DNA of 64,000 bases, taken from contig CANOMQ010000001.1 of assembly GCA_947567595.1 (NCBI GenBank), positions 77,613 to 141,612 on the forward strand. Reading direction: 5' to 3'. Positions within the stretch are counted from its first letter, which is position 1. The number at the start of each line of letters is the position of its first letter. Below, in pieces: positions 54,574 through 63,603 of the stretch. This DNA is from an uncultured Lachnospiraceae bacterium (GTDB lineage: Bacteria; Bacillota; Clostridia; Lachnospirales; Lachnospiraceae). The notes under the pieces are model-generated. The model ran no database searches and had not been told where the DNA came from. It saw only the letters and a program-made list of their open reading frames with translations. A program made the translations under genes and the position numbers.

Positions 54574-56250
54574 ATGAAACAGATTAAGAAAAAAGTTGTA
54601 TTATTTATAGCTGTAGAAGCTGTTTTGGCAATATGTATGATGGTATCTTCCCATCCTCTTCGCATTTTTATGTTAATGACCTTCGTTCTTGGTATCGGAT
54701 TGTTTTGCATTCCCTCCCTCTATTTTGAATTAGGGACTTCCCCGGATAAAGACTTTCAATGGACGGCAAAGACATGGGTTGTTTTAGGGTTAACATCTGT
54801 TGGAGTAATTACAATCTGCTCGAAATCTTCCCCACTGTATCCGTTTAATGACTGGGTTGATGCCAATGTTTACCTGACGATGGGGAGAGCAATGCTGGAC
54901 GGTAAAATGCCGTATCGTGACTTGTATGAGCACAAAGGCTTTATTGTATATGCGATATATGCTTTGGCAGCCTTGATTTCCCGCACCGATTTTTTGGGAG
55001 TGTGGATTATAGAAATTGCTGCGGCATTTTTCTTCCTCTATTATAGCTTGCGGAGCATGTGGCTCTTTTGTGGAGAACGGGCATATTTATGGATTCCGGT
55101 TCTTGCTGTTACGGTGTATGGCTCAGCAGCATTTTGTCATGGAGGCAGTGCTGAGGAGCTTTGTCTGCCATTACTGGCATATGGATTTTGGGTGGGCTTG
55201 AAGGCGGTCATGCTGAAACGCTTTCCCACAGGCTGGGAGTGTTTTGCAATCGGACTTACCTCCGGCTGCATATTTTGGATAAAATATAATTTGCTTGGTT
55301 TTTATTTAGGATGGTTTGCGGCTCTTGTACTAATGCTGCCAAAGGAAAAATGTTTTATCCAAATATGGAAAATGCTATGGAAGATTATAGCCGGTGTGGG
55401 AATTGTTACAATACCGTGGATGGTATGGTTCTGGTATCATAATGCATTGGCTGATTTGGTCACAGTCTATTTTTATAACAACCTGACCTATGCGGCAGCG
55501 CATGAATCAGGTAATCAATTGTTCGGTATATTGCAGAATGTTTGCAGAGGCTGTCAGGAAATATGGAGAAATCACACTGCTGCGGCTGTTTTGATATTTG
55601 TAGGAATGATTTATTTACTTCGCTCACGTTATCATACATGGACGGGGTATATTATGGGCATTCTGGTATTTTTTGAGATTGGCTGCTATATGGGTGGATT
55701 GACGTATAAATATTATGCATTACCATTCTCTGTATTTGCGGTAATCGGTTTAGCTGCATTAGACTGCCTGATTTGCCGGCGCGGGAATTTTATTAAAAAC
55801 CTTCAGTTTTTCTTTATAATAGAGCTTGTGATTTGCCTGCTGGCTGCATTCTTGGTAAGCTCCAATACCTATATGCTGCGATATCAAAAATCGGATTTAC
55901 CCCAATACCAATTCCGTGATATCATTGCAAAAACTCCGGAAGCGACATTACTGGAATATAAAACTATGGATATTGGCGTGTATACGGTTTGTGACATGGT
56001 TCCGACATTTCGCTACTTTTGTTACTATAATATGCAGAAAGCAGAAATTGATGAAGAACAGGACACGTATCTTATGAGCGGCGAGGCGGATTATGTAGTG
56101 ATAATGCTTCGGGATATCGTATCGGAAGGGAATGTTGAGTTAATGTCTAAGATAGAGGCAGCAGGATATGAGTGCGTTTCCTGTGTTGATTACTTCAATG
56201 GAGAAAATCCGCACATGTATTTATTATACAGGCTGCTGCAAAAGGGCTGA
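54574..56250 (+). CDS. GT-C-like polytopic membrane glycosyltransferase candidate
   Basis: The first large loop, YPFNDWVDANVYLTMGRAMLDGKMPYRDLYEHKGFIVY, resembles ArnT/PMT_2-type loops. About 12 TM segments are followed by a soluble C-terminus. AT-rich. Confidence 0.55.
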   Translation: MKQIKKKVVLFIAVEAVLAICMMVSSHPLRIFMLMTFVLGIGLFCIPSLYFELGTSPDKDFQWTAKTWVVLGLTSVGVITICSKSSPLYPFNDWVDANVYLTMGRAMLDGKMPYRDLYEHKGFIVYAIYALAALISRTDFLGVWIIEIAAAFFFLYYSLRSMWLFCGERAYLWIPVLAVTVYGSAAFCHGGSAEELCLPLLAYGFWVGLKAVMLKRFPTGWECFAIGLTSGCIFWIKYNLLGFYLGWFAALVLMLPKEKCFIQIWKMLWKIIAGVGIVTIPWMVWFWYHNALADLVTVYFYNNLTYAAAHESGNQLFGILQNVCRGCQEIWRNHTAAAVLIFVGMIYLLRSRYHTWTGYIMGILVFFEIGCYMGGLTYKYYALPFSVFAVIGLAALDCLICRRGNFIKNLQFFFIIELVICLLAAFLVSSNTYMLRYQKSDLPQYQFRDIIAKTPEATLLEYKTMDIGVYTVCDMVPTFRYFCYYNMQKAEIDEEQDTYLMSGEADYVVIMLRDIVSEGNVELMSKIEAAGYECVSCVDYFNGENPHMYLLYRLLQKG

Positions 56251-56347
56251 TAATCCAAGAGGCTTTGGAGCGCAGCGTGTAGATACATTTTTGTTATGCA
56301 ATTGTTACGTATGCATCATTATAAAAGCGGGATGGAGGATACTTTGT

Positions 56348-57415
56348 ATGGATAGTAAGTGTATTCATTCCTTAAAGGGAATTGGAATATTGGGTGTTGT
56401 GCTGGTGCACTGCGGACTAGGCATGCAGGAAGGAGTATTGGGGTCCATTTCGGCGTGTGGTGCAAGAGGTGTGCAGCTATTGTTTATCATAAACGGCTTT
56501 TTGATTTTTCATTCTTTGGATAAAATAGAATGGAATAAGCAGCAGATTATTGCATGGTATAAACGCAAATTTATCAGACTAATACCGTTATATTGGTTTT
56601 TCACGATTCTTCATTTGCTTGTGTTCGGAGTCGGTGAACGATACTACTTGGGAACATTGTCCAAGGTTTCGCCACTGAATATTTTGTGCAACATGTTGTT
56701 TTTGCATGGATTTCATCCATATTATATAGGAAGTATCAACGCGAATTGGTTTATGGCAGATCTGGCGATGTTTTACCTGTTAGCGCCGCTTTTATACAAG
56801 ATAATTGATTCATTGGAAAAATCAGTGCTTGCCTTGCTTATCATCACACCACTTGGTTATGTGCTGTATCACGTTGCACTGGGGTGGAATGTGTTAGCGG
56901 TCAAAGAAATCTGGATAGATTATGTTACAATCGTGAGTTTTCCTTCGGAACTTCCGATTATGCTTTTGGGGATCTTTTCATATTTTATGGTAAAGGAAAG
57001 CTTTAAATGGAAAAATAAAGGAATGATATCAGTTGTTACGCTTCTGTTTGCATTATTCTGTATGATATCGTTGGTTATGGGAAAAAGATATTTTATGATT
57101 TTTAATTATATTTTTTCATTTGGAGTATTGTTTGCAGTTTTGTTTATCGGGCAGGTACAGTATCCACTTAAGGTGATTAATAACAGTTTTTTTGCGACCT
57201 TTGGGAAACATAGTTATGGTATTTATCTTTCCCATACGTTTTTACTACCAATAATACCGAAGAATAATTCGGTTCTGCAAAGCTTTATCAGATATTGTGT
57301 AATAGTAATGATGGCGCTTTTTATTGCGATTGTGTCGGAAAAGATAATAGAGAAACCAGTTATCCGGTTTTTCAATAAAAAATTATTTGACACAAAGTTA
57401 AAATGCAATACATAA
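56348..57415 (+). CDS. Acyltransferase family 3 (AT3) membrane O-acyltransferase
   Basis: IHSLKGIGILGVVLVHCG. GKHSYGIYLSHTF. About 10 TM segments. The ATG at 56348 has GGATGGAGG upstream. The ORF-track start at 56168 would overlap the upstream gene by 83 nt. Confidence 0.8.
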   Translation: MDSKCIHSLKGIGILGVVLVHCGLGMQEGVLGSISACGARGVQLLFIINGFLIFHSLDKIEWNKQQIIAWYKRKFIRLIPLYWFFTILHLLVFGVGERYYLGTLSKVSPLNILCNMLFLHGFHPYYIGSINANWFMADLAMFYLLAPLLYKIIDSLEKSVLALLIITPLGYVLYHVALGWNVLAVKEIWIDYVTIVSFPSELPIMLLGIFSYFMVKESFKWKNKGMISVVTLLFALFCMISLVMGKRYFMIFNYIFSFGVLFAVLFIGQVQYPLKVINNSFFATFGKHSYGIYLSHTFLLPIIPKNNSVLQSFIRYCVIVMMALFIAIVSEKIIEKPVIRFFNKKLFDTKLKCNT

Positions 57416-57451
57416 TGGGACAAGGATGGAATGAGCAGCATCTGACGTTGT

Positions 57452-57480
57452 TTGACAAGCTATTCCCACATATGTATAAT
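57452..57480 (+). promoter_or_regulatory. Consensus SigA promoter opening the distal sub-operon
   Basis: TTGACA (57452-57457), exactly 17 nt, TATAAT (57475-57480). Located in the 141-bp gap before the ATG at 57557. Confidence 0.6.
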
Positions 57481-57556
57481 ACTTGTAAAATATGGAAATA
57501 TAGTCATATAGAAAATTAAGCGTGTATGACGCAAGGCATAAGAATATGAGGTTAGT

Positions 57557-59224
57557 ATGAACAAAGAAATTTCAATTATTGTATTTTCAAAAGGAAGGCC
57601 CTTGCAGATGCATGCATATCTTGAGAGCCTGCTAAAATTTTCGGATGCAGAACAGGAAATGATACAGGTTTTGTATTGTGAAACGGAAAAAATCCGGTAC
57701 GAAAAGCTGATGCAGAACTTTCCCCGGGTGCAATGGATAAAAGAATGTAAGTTCGAAACCGATTTAAGGAAACTAATAGCAAACGCAGGCAAATACATCA
57801 TGTTTGGCTGCGATGATGTCGTTTTTACAAGAAAATTCAGTCTTGCCCAAGCGGCACAGTACTTGCAGGAGCACTCACAGGTGTTTGGCTACAGTATGCG
57901 TCTTGGCGAAAATATTAAGCCTGTGCCGGTGAATTTGTCAGAGGATGCAGCCGTTCTTGAGTGGAAATGGGATTGTGAAGAACCGCACTATAATTATCCG
58001 TGGGAGCTAGACTGTACGCTGTATCGCAGCGAAGATGTATTGCGGATGCTTGAGGAAGAGGAGAATCCGATTAAAAATCCAAACTATTATGAGGCAATGA
58101 TTACACCGGATAATAGAAGTAAGCGTATTACCAGACCAAACATGGCGTGCAACAAAAAGTCGGGCTGTGCGGTTGTCATAACCGTGAACCGAGTGCAGGA
58201 AACACACCAAAACGGCTATGATGACAGTATGCTTACAGATATTTATTCCTTAGACCGGCTGTATAATGACGAGGATAATACACTCGATATTGAGAAAATA
58301 TCAGCGATGGATAACAGCGTCATACATGTAGGGGCAGAATATTTCCAGCTTCACAAAGCGGCGAAAGGTTATTCGAAAAAAAAGCTTATCAGGAAAAGAA
58401 TAAAAACCATTTCAGGAAAGCTCATGCGTTTCCCGAAACGTGTGTATCGTCATATGGAGCGCAGGCGTTACGAAAGGGGCGGGTATGCCAAACGGTTGGA
58501 CATTTTAAATACGGAGGACACCTTAAAGCTTATGGAAAGCGAAGCATTTAGCTTTCTCAGATATGGAGACGGTGAAATCGCTATCATGAACGGAGAGTCC
58601 ATTCCCTTTCAGGAGTATGACGAGAGGCTTGCAAAGCGTCTGAAAAAGCTTTTAAAGACAGACAAAAAAGGGCTTCGGATTGGAATACCGTACTACTATA
58701 TGACGCCTGTCAAAAACCTAAATGATTTTGTATCGAAATTTGCAAAATCGCTGGCAGCGCAGAGAAAATTTCTGTGTAAATACTGCAGGCAGGATATCAC
58801 ATACATTGATACTGCAATAACACAGGTTTATCAAACTTATAAAAAATATGACTTTAAGGACTACTATCAGCGTATGCAAAACCTGTTAAAAAACAGAAGC
58901 ATCACAATCATATGCGGAGAAGGCGTTTTGGACAGATTAGAGTATAAGGCATTTGATGTGTGCAAAGCAGTAACGTTTGTAACTGCGCCAAGCATGAACG
59001 CCTATGCAGATTATGAGGACATTTTGAATGCGGCGTTAAAAACGGATAAAAAGAACCTTGTGTGTGTGATACTTGGTCCGACAGCAAAGGTGTTAGTCTA
59101 TGATTTATACAAAAGAGGGTATCAGGCATGGGATTTGGGGCATTATTTTAAAGATTATGATTCCTATATGAAAAAACGTCCGCGGACGGATGCGGAAATA
59201 ACGCAGTTTTATAAGCCTGATTGA
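57557..59224 (+). CDS. Two-domain glycosyltransferase candidate: N-terminal GT-A-like domain + C-terminal GT-D (DUF1792) domain
   Basis: N-terminus ISIIVFSKGRPLQMHAYLESLLKF and FGCDDVVF. C-terminal half FSFLRYGDGEIAIMNG and VILGPTAKVLVYDLYKRGYQAWDLGH match my recollection of DUF1792. Confidence 0.6.
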   Translation: MNKEISIIVFSKGRPLQMHAYLESLLKFSDAEQEMIQVLYCETEKIRYEKLMQNFPRVQWIKECKFETDLRKLIANAGKYIMFGCDDVVFTRKFSLAQAAQYLQEHSQVFGYSMRLGENIKPVPVNLSEDAAVLEWKWDCEEPHYNYPWELDCTLYRSEDVLRMLEEEENPIKNPNYYEAMITPDNRSKRITRPNMACNKKSGCAVVITVNRVQETHQNGYDDSMLTDIYSLDRLYNDEDNTLDIEKISAMDNSVIHVGAEYFQLHKAAKGYSKKKLIRKRIKTISGKLMRFPKRVYRHMERRRYERGGYAKRLDILNTEDTLKLMESEAFSFLRYGDGEIAIMNGESIPFQEYDERLAKRLKKLLKTDKKGLRIGIPYYYMTPVKNLNDFVSKFAKSLAAQRKFLCKYCRQDITYIDTAITQVYQTYKKYDFKDYYQRMQNLLKNRSITIICGEGVLDRLEYKAFDVCKAVTFVTAPSMNAYADYEDILNAALKTDKKNLVCVILGPTAKVLVYDLYKRGYQAWDLGHYFKDYDSYMKKRPRTDAEITQFYKPD

Positions 59225-59244
59225 CAGGAAAGGCATGGAATGGA

Positions 59245-60993
59245 ATGTTAAAGAAGATAAATTATGTTTTAAATAAAAAACAGAAAATCAATTTGCTGAT
59301 ACTGCTTGTGGTGATATTTATAGGCGCCTTTGTTGAGCTTTTGGGCGTTTCCGCAATTATGCCAATTATTGAGGTTGCCATGAATCCGGTGGTTATTCAT
59401 GAGAAATGGTATCTGGTCATAATTATGGATACAATGGGATTTACGGACGCGAACGAGGTGCTTGTGTTTTGGGCGCTTCTTCTGATTGTAATCTATATAT
59501 TGAAGAATATTTATGTGACAATGATGTACAGCTTGCAGTATCGTTTTATTTTTAACAATCAACAAAGGTTATCCGTTAAAATGATGAAAAGCTACATGAA
59601 ACAGGATTATTTGTTCCATGTGGCAAGAAATGTGGCAGAGTTTCAAAGAAACATTACAAATGATGTGAACGGTTTTTTTACGGTGGTTCTAAATGTGCTG
59701 CAGTTCTTGGCGGAGTTTAGCGTGAGTGTTGTGTTGGTAGCGTTTTTGTTTGTACAGGACTGGGTTTCGACGGTGGCAGTAGCGTCGCTGTTGTTTCTCT
59801 TTCTTCTGTTCTTTGCCGGTTTTTTCAAGAAAGTGCTTGTGAAAAAGGGGGAAGAAAGCAGACAGGCAAATCTGCTTGTCACTAAATGGCTGTTACAGTC
59901 TTTTTCAGGCATTAAGGAAGTAAAAGTCACAAACGCAGAACCGTTTTTTATATCAAATTATGACAAGCACTATAAAAAGTGTGCTACGGTGCAGCGTCAG
60001 CAGTCCATTTTGACCTATTTGCCAAGACCTGTCATGGAGACTGTGTGTATCTGCAGCCTTTTGCTTGCGATGATTATCAAAATTACAGTGACAAAAAGCG
60101 ATATTACAACATTTGTTACAACGCTTTCCGTATTTGCAGTGGCAGCGTTTCGTATGCTGCCATCCTTTAATAAAATCACTGGTTATCTAAGCGGAATGAT
60201 GTTTAACAAACCTTCAATTGATGCGGTATACAATGATTTGAAGGAAATTGAAGCGCTTCTTGACAAAAAGACAATGGACAGGCAGGATACAAAGAAGGTT
60301 GCCTTTGCGGACTGCATCAAGCTGAACAAGGTGTCATTTCAGTATCCTGAAAATGATAGATGGGTATTGAAGGATGCTGACTTAGAGATTCAGAAAAATA
60401 CATCTGTGGCATTGATTGGTGCGTCCGGTGCAGGGAAGACGACGGCGGCTGATTTGATACTTGGCATTTTGGAGCCACAACAGGGAACCGTTACAATAGA
60501 CGGCACGGATATTAAGGAATGTATGTCTTCATGGCATAAGAATATCGGGTATATTCCACAGACGATTTATTTAATGGACGATACCATCCGTGCCAATATT
60601 GCATTCGGCATACCGGAAAATGAAATTGACGATGCGGCGATTGAAAAAGCAATGAAGGAGGCGCAGCTTGATGCGTTTGTACATTCCTTAAAAGAAGGTC
60701 TAGATACAATTGTAGGCGACAGGGGCGTGAAGCTTTCGGGCGGACAGCGGCAGCGGATTGGGATTGCAAGGGCGCTTTATAGAAATCCTAAGGTACTTGT
60801 ATTGGACGAGGCAACATCTGCGCTTGACAATGAGACCGAGAAAGAGGTTATGCAGGCGATAGACGGGCTTCATGGCACACGGACGATGATTGTGATTGCG
60901 CACCGGTTGAGTACCATTAAAAAATGTGATAGAATCTATGAAGTTGGCAATGGCTTGATTACGGAGAGGATAAAAGAGGAAGTGGTTAAGTGA
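59245..60993 (+). CDS. Fused TMD-NBD ABC exporter, PglK/MsbA-like; paralog of 34694-36436
   Basis: MLKKINYVLNKKQKINL N-terminus. Walker A GASGAGKTT. LSGGQRQRIGIARAL. VLVLDEATSALD. The ORF-track TTG start is 59221. Confidence 0.85.
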   Translation: MLKKINYVLNKKQKINLLILLVVIFIGAFVELLGVSAIMPIIEVAMNPVVIHEKWYLVIIMDTMGFTDANEVLVFWALLLIVIYILKNIYVTMMYSLQYRFIFNNQQRLSVKMMKSYMKQDYLFHVARNVAEFQRNITNDVNGFFTVVLNVLQFLAEFSVSVVLVAFLFVQDWVSTVAVASLLFLFLLFFAGFFKKVLVKKGEESRQANLLVTKWLLQSFSGIKEVKVTNAEPFFISNYDKHYKKCATVQRQQSILTYLPRPVMETVCICSLLLAMIIKITVTKSDITTFVTTLSVFAVAAFRMLPSFNKITGYLSGMMFNKPSIDAVYNDLKEIEALLDKKTMDRQDTKKVAFADCIKLNKVSFQYPENDRWVLKDADLEIQKNTSVALIGASGAGKTTAADLILGILEPQQGTVTIDGTDIKECMSSWHKNIGYIPQTIYLMDDTIRANIAFGIPENEIDDAAIEKAMKEAQLDAFVHSLKEGLDTIVGDRGVKLSGGQRQRIGIARALYRNPKVLVLDEATSALDNETEKEVMQAIDGLHGTRTMIVIAHRLSTIKKCDRIYEVGNGLITERIKEEVVK

Positions 60994-61077
60994 TTGATAA
61001 ATATATAGTGGGTACTAAAAAAAGAGAATTATTTTGTAAAATGAAAATGGATTTTGAAACTGTTAAGGAGGATTGCA

Positions 61078-61926
61078 ATGATCTATGCAATGACAATGGC
61101 AACAAAAACTTATATGCCTTCGGCAGCTTTCCAGCTTGAAACAGCAAAAAAGAAAGGAAAAGTTGACAAAGTTATCTGTTATAATATAGATCAGGACATT
61201 GATGAAAAGTTTAAAGAAAAGAATAAGGAATTGTTGGATTCTGGTCAGGGAAGGCGGAAAGGGTATTATTTGTGGAAGTCTTATTTTGTAGATAAAGCTA
61301 TAAAAAGCATTGAATATGGGGATTATCTGATCTACATGGATGCTGCGGGCTTTTATTATAAAAGAAGCGCACAGGAAGTTATCCGTTATATGGTAAGTAA
61401 CAATATAGATATGGTTGTCAGCAGAAAGTACAGATGTTTGGAAAAGCACTGGACAAAAAGGGATGTGTTTGTTTATATGGATTGCGATTATGAAAAATAT
61501 TGGAATCAATATCAGTGCATGAGCGGTTTTTTTGTGGCAAAGAAAACAAAAAGGCTTGAGAAGATTGTTGAGGAGTGGCTGGAGTATTCCAAGGATGCTC
61601 GAATTATTTCGGATGCACCAAACACATGCGGCAAGGAAAATTATGAAGGATTTGTAGAGAATAGACATGATCAAAGCATATTTTCCCTGCTTATGACAAA
61701 ATATGATATTGTAACAATTGAAAGTATTAAAGTGCCCGAATTTTACAAGTATCATCATACAATGGAAACGAACCTAAGCAAAATAAACAGGGAGTTGCGT
61801 AGAAGAAGAAAAGCGCTTATTTGCAATTATATCAAGAAAAAGGATTATAAGGGAATATATTATACGATGAGAGAAGAATTGAAAGACTTGTATTATATTC
61901 AAAAAATATTAAAATGGAAATTGTGA
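61078..61926 (+). CDS. Uncharacterised transferase-like protein, paralog of 45418-46245
   Basis: KGYYLWKSYFV, GDYLIYMDAAG, WTKRDVF, ARIISDAPNTCGKENYEGFVENRHDQSIFSL. AAGGAGG RBS. The ORF-track start is 61054. Confidence 0.55.
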   Translation: MIYAMTMATKTYMPSAAFQLETAKKKGKVDKVICYNIDQDIDEKFKEKNKELLDSGQGRRKGYYLWKSYFVDKAIKSIEYGDYLIYMDAAGFYYKRSAQEVIRYMVSNNIDMVVSRKYRCLEKHWTKRDVFVYMDCDYEKYWNQYQCMSGFFVAKKTKRLEKIVEEWLEYSKDARIISDAPNTCGKENYEGFVENRHDQSIFSLLMTKYDIVTIESIKVPEFYKYHHTMETNLSKINRELRRRRKALICNYIKKKDYKGIYYTMREELKDLYYIQKILKWKL

Positions 61927-61988
61927 TAATGGATTAAAGTATAGAATTTGGAGAATCGAAGAGAAATTTAGGAAGAAAGGCGGAACGA

Positions 61989-63164
61989 ATGAAAATACAC
62001 GTGAAGGCATTCACATTGGCGCTTGGCATTTTATCAATGCTTTTAACGGGAATTACATTTTTAAATTGGATATACAGTGAGTCTTGTCAGCTTCTCCAAT
62101 ATGATTTGAAAAATGGCTTTGTTGATAATAGGATCTATTTGGCAGTCCTGATTATTTTAATCTTCCTAATAATACTAGGCATACACATTTATAAGCAAGT
62201 TCTGTTTGGAAGGATACACGTTATTTTTACAGTAAAAATAAAAAAGAGGTTGTATTTGGCAGTTTTTGACAGAAATGATGGAGCAGGCATCAAGGCAGAT
62301 AAGCAGATTGATCTTAAGATAATAGCAAATGTAGTCAGCATGGCAGTAATTGTATGCTGTTTCATTGTAAACAGCCGTGTTTTCTTTTTAGATTTACCTT
62401 TGGGTACATGGGAGCCGGCAAAAACAATAGGGCATTCGTTTGGGGCAGTAAACGGTGACGATTATACTGGTTCCTTAGAGGCATTTGAATATAATTATGC
62501 ATTGGGCAGAAGAACAATGGAGGTAGATTTAATTCTTACAACAGATAAGAAACTTGTGCTGAAGCATGACTGGGATGAATTAGGAGAGGATGAAGCGGAC
62601 TGGGATAAAATACCACAGACATCTCCGCTTTCGGAAGAACAGTTTTTAAATACAAAGATTTTAGGGAAATATACGCCAATGAGTTTTGTACAACTGTGCG
62701 AAATTATGATGGAATATTCTGATTTATGGATTGTGACAGATACAAAAAATACAGAAAATGATGAAGTGAAAGAACAGTTTGAGGTAATGGCTGAGACGGT
62801 TAGACAGTTAGGCTGTGAAGAGATTATGGATAGGATCATTGTTCAGGTGTATAATGAGGAAATGTATAAAGCAGTTCATGACATCTATCAATTTAATAAT
62901 TATATTTTTACAATGTACCTGCGTTTTGATAGTGAGGACTGGCTTGGAATTATGAGGACAGTATGCCGTTTTTGTGTGAACAACGGTATAGAAACGGTAA
63001 CGATTGGGATAAACAGGATTTCTCCAGAGTTAATCGCCGTCGCAGACCATTATGGACGAAACGTATATGTTCATACAGTAAATGATATGACGAATGCGAT
63101 TCAATATTTTCAAATTGGAGTGACTGGAATTTATACCGACATTATACAAGATAAGGACTTATAA
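61989..63164 (+). CDS. Membrane-anchored glycerophosphodiester phosphodiesterase (GDPD / PI-PLC-like) family protein
   Basis: Three N-terminal TM segments. Then IGHSFGAVNGDDYTGSLEAFEYNYALGRRTMEVDLILTTDKKLVLKHDW (GDPD pattern H..G....N(S/T)..AF......G....E.D...T.D...V..HD) and GIYTD at the C-terminus. Confidence 0.65.
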   Translation: MKIHVKAFTLALGILSMLLTGITFLNWIYSESCQLLQYDLKNGFVDNRIYLAVLIILIFLIILGIHIYKQVLFGRIHVIFTVKIKKRLYLAVFDRNDGAGIKADKQIDLKIIANVVSMAVIVCCFIVNSRVFFLDLPLGTWEPAKTIGHSFGAVNGDDYTGSLEAFEYNYALGRRTMEVDLILTTDKKLVLKHDWDELGEDEADWDKIPQTSPLSEEQFLNTKILGKYTPMSFVQLCEIMMEYSDLWIVTDTKNTENDEVKEQFEVMAETVRQLGCEEIMDRIIVQVYNEEMYKAVHDIYQFNNYIFTMYLRFDSEDWLGIMRTVCRFCVNNGIETVTIGINRISPELIAVADHYGRNVYVHTVNDMTNAIQYFQIGVTGIYTDIIQDKDL

Positions 63165-63228
63165 AGGAATTAGTCAATAAGCTGTTTTTATGACAAAGAA
63201 ATACGGTGTATAAAAAGGGAGGTATGCA

Positions 63229-63558
63229 ATGTTCACATATTTAATTATTTTTGGAATGGGTGCAATAACGTTTGTTATTGAAAAAAAACTGACAAGAACT
63301 CAGCAAGGGAATAGTACTTTTATGTTTATTGAATATCTGATGTATACGGTAATTAATTTAGTGACAACATATTTCATGCTTTTGCCGACGGGAAGGATTA
63401 CGATGGTGCAGACTAGCGGCGGCATCAGTGAAATTACTTATGGAAGCTCTGCAATTTTGATATCACTTGTCATTGCAATTATATGGGGCTGTGTCATGGC
63501 TTTCTTCAATAAGAATGTTAAGTGTAGAATAAAGTTAGATGAGCAGCAGAAGAACTGA
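63229..63558 (+). CDS. Small membrane protein (3 TM), unknown function
   Basis: 109 aa. GGGAGG RBS. Hydrophobic segments MFTYLIIFGMGAITFVI, MYTVINLVTTYFMLL and SSAILISLVIAIIWGCVMAFF. Confidence 0.5.
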   Translation: MFTYLIIFGMGAITFVIEKKLTRTQQGNSTFMFIEYLMYTVINLVTTYFMLLPTGRITMVQTSGGISEITYGSSAILISLVIAIIWGCVMAFFNKNVKCRIKLDEQQKN

Positions 63559-63603
63559 CGGAATAAAAGCAAAAAATTATAAGGTGTATAGAGGTAAAGG
63601 CAG

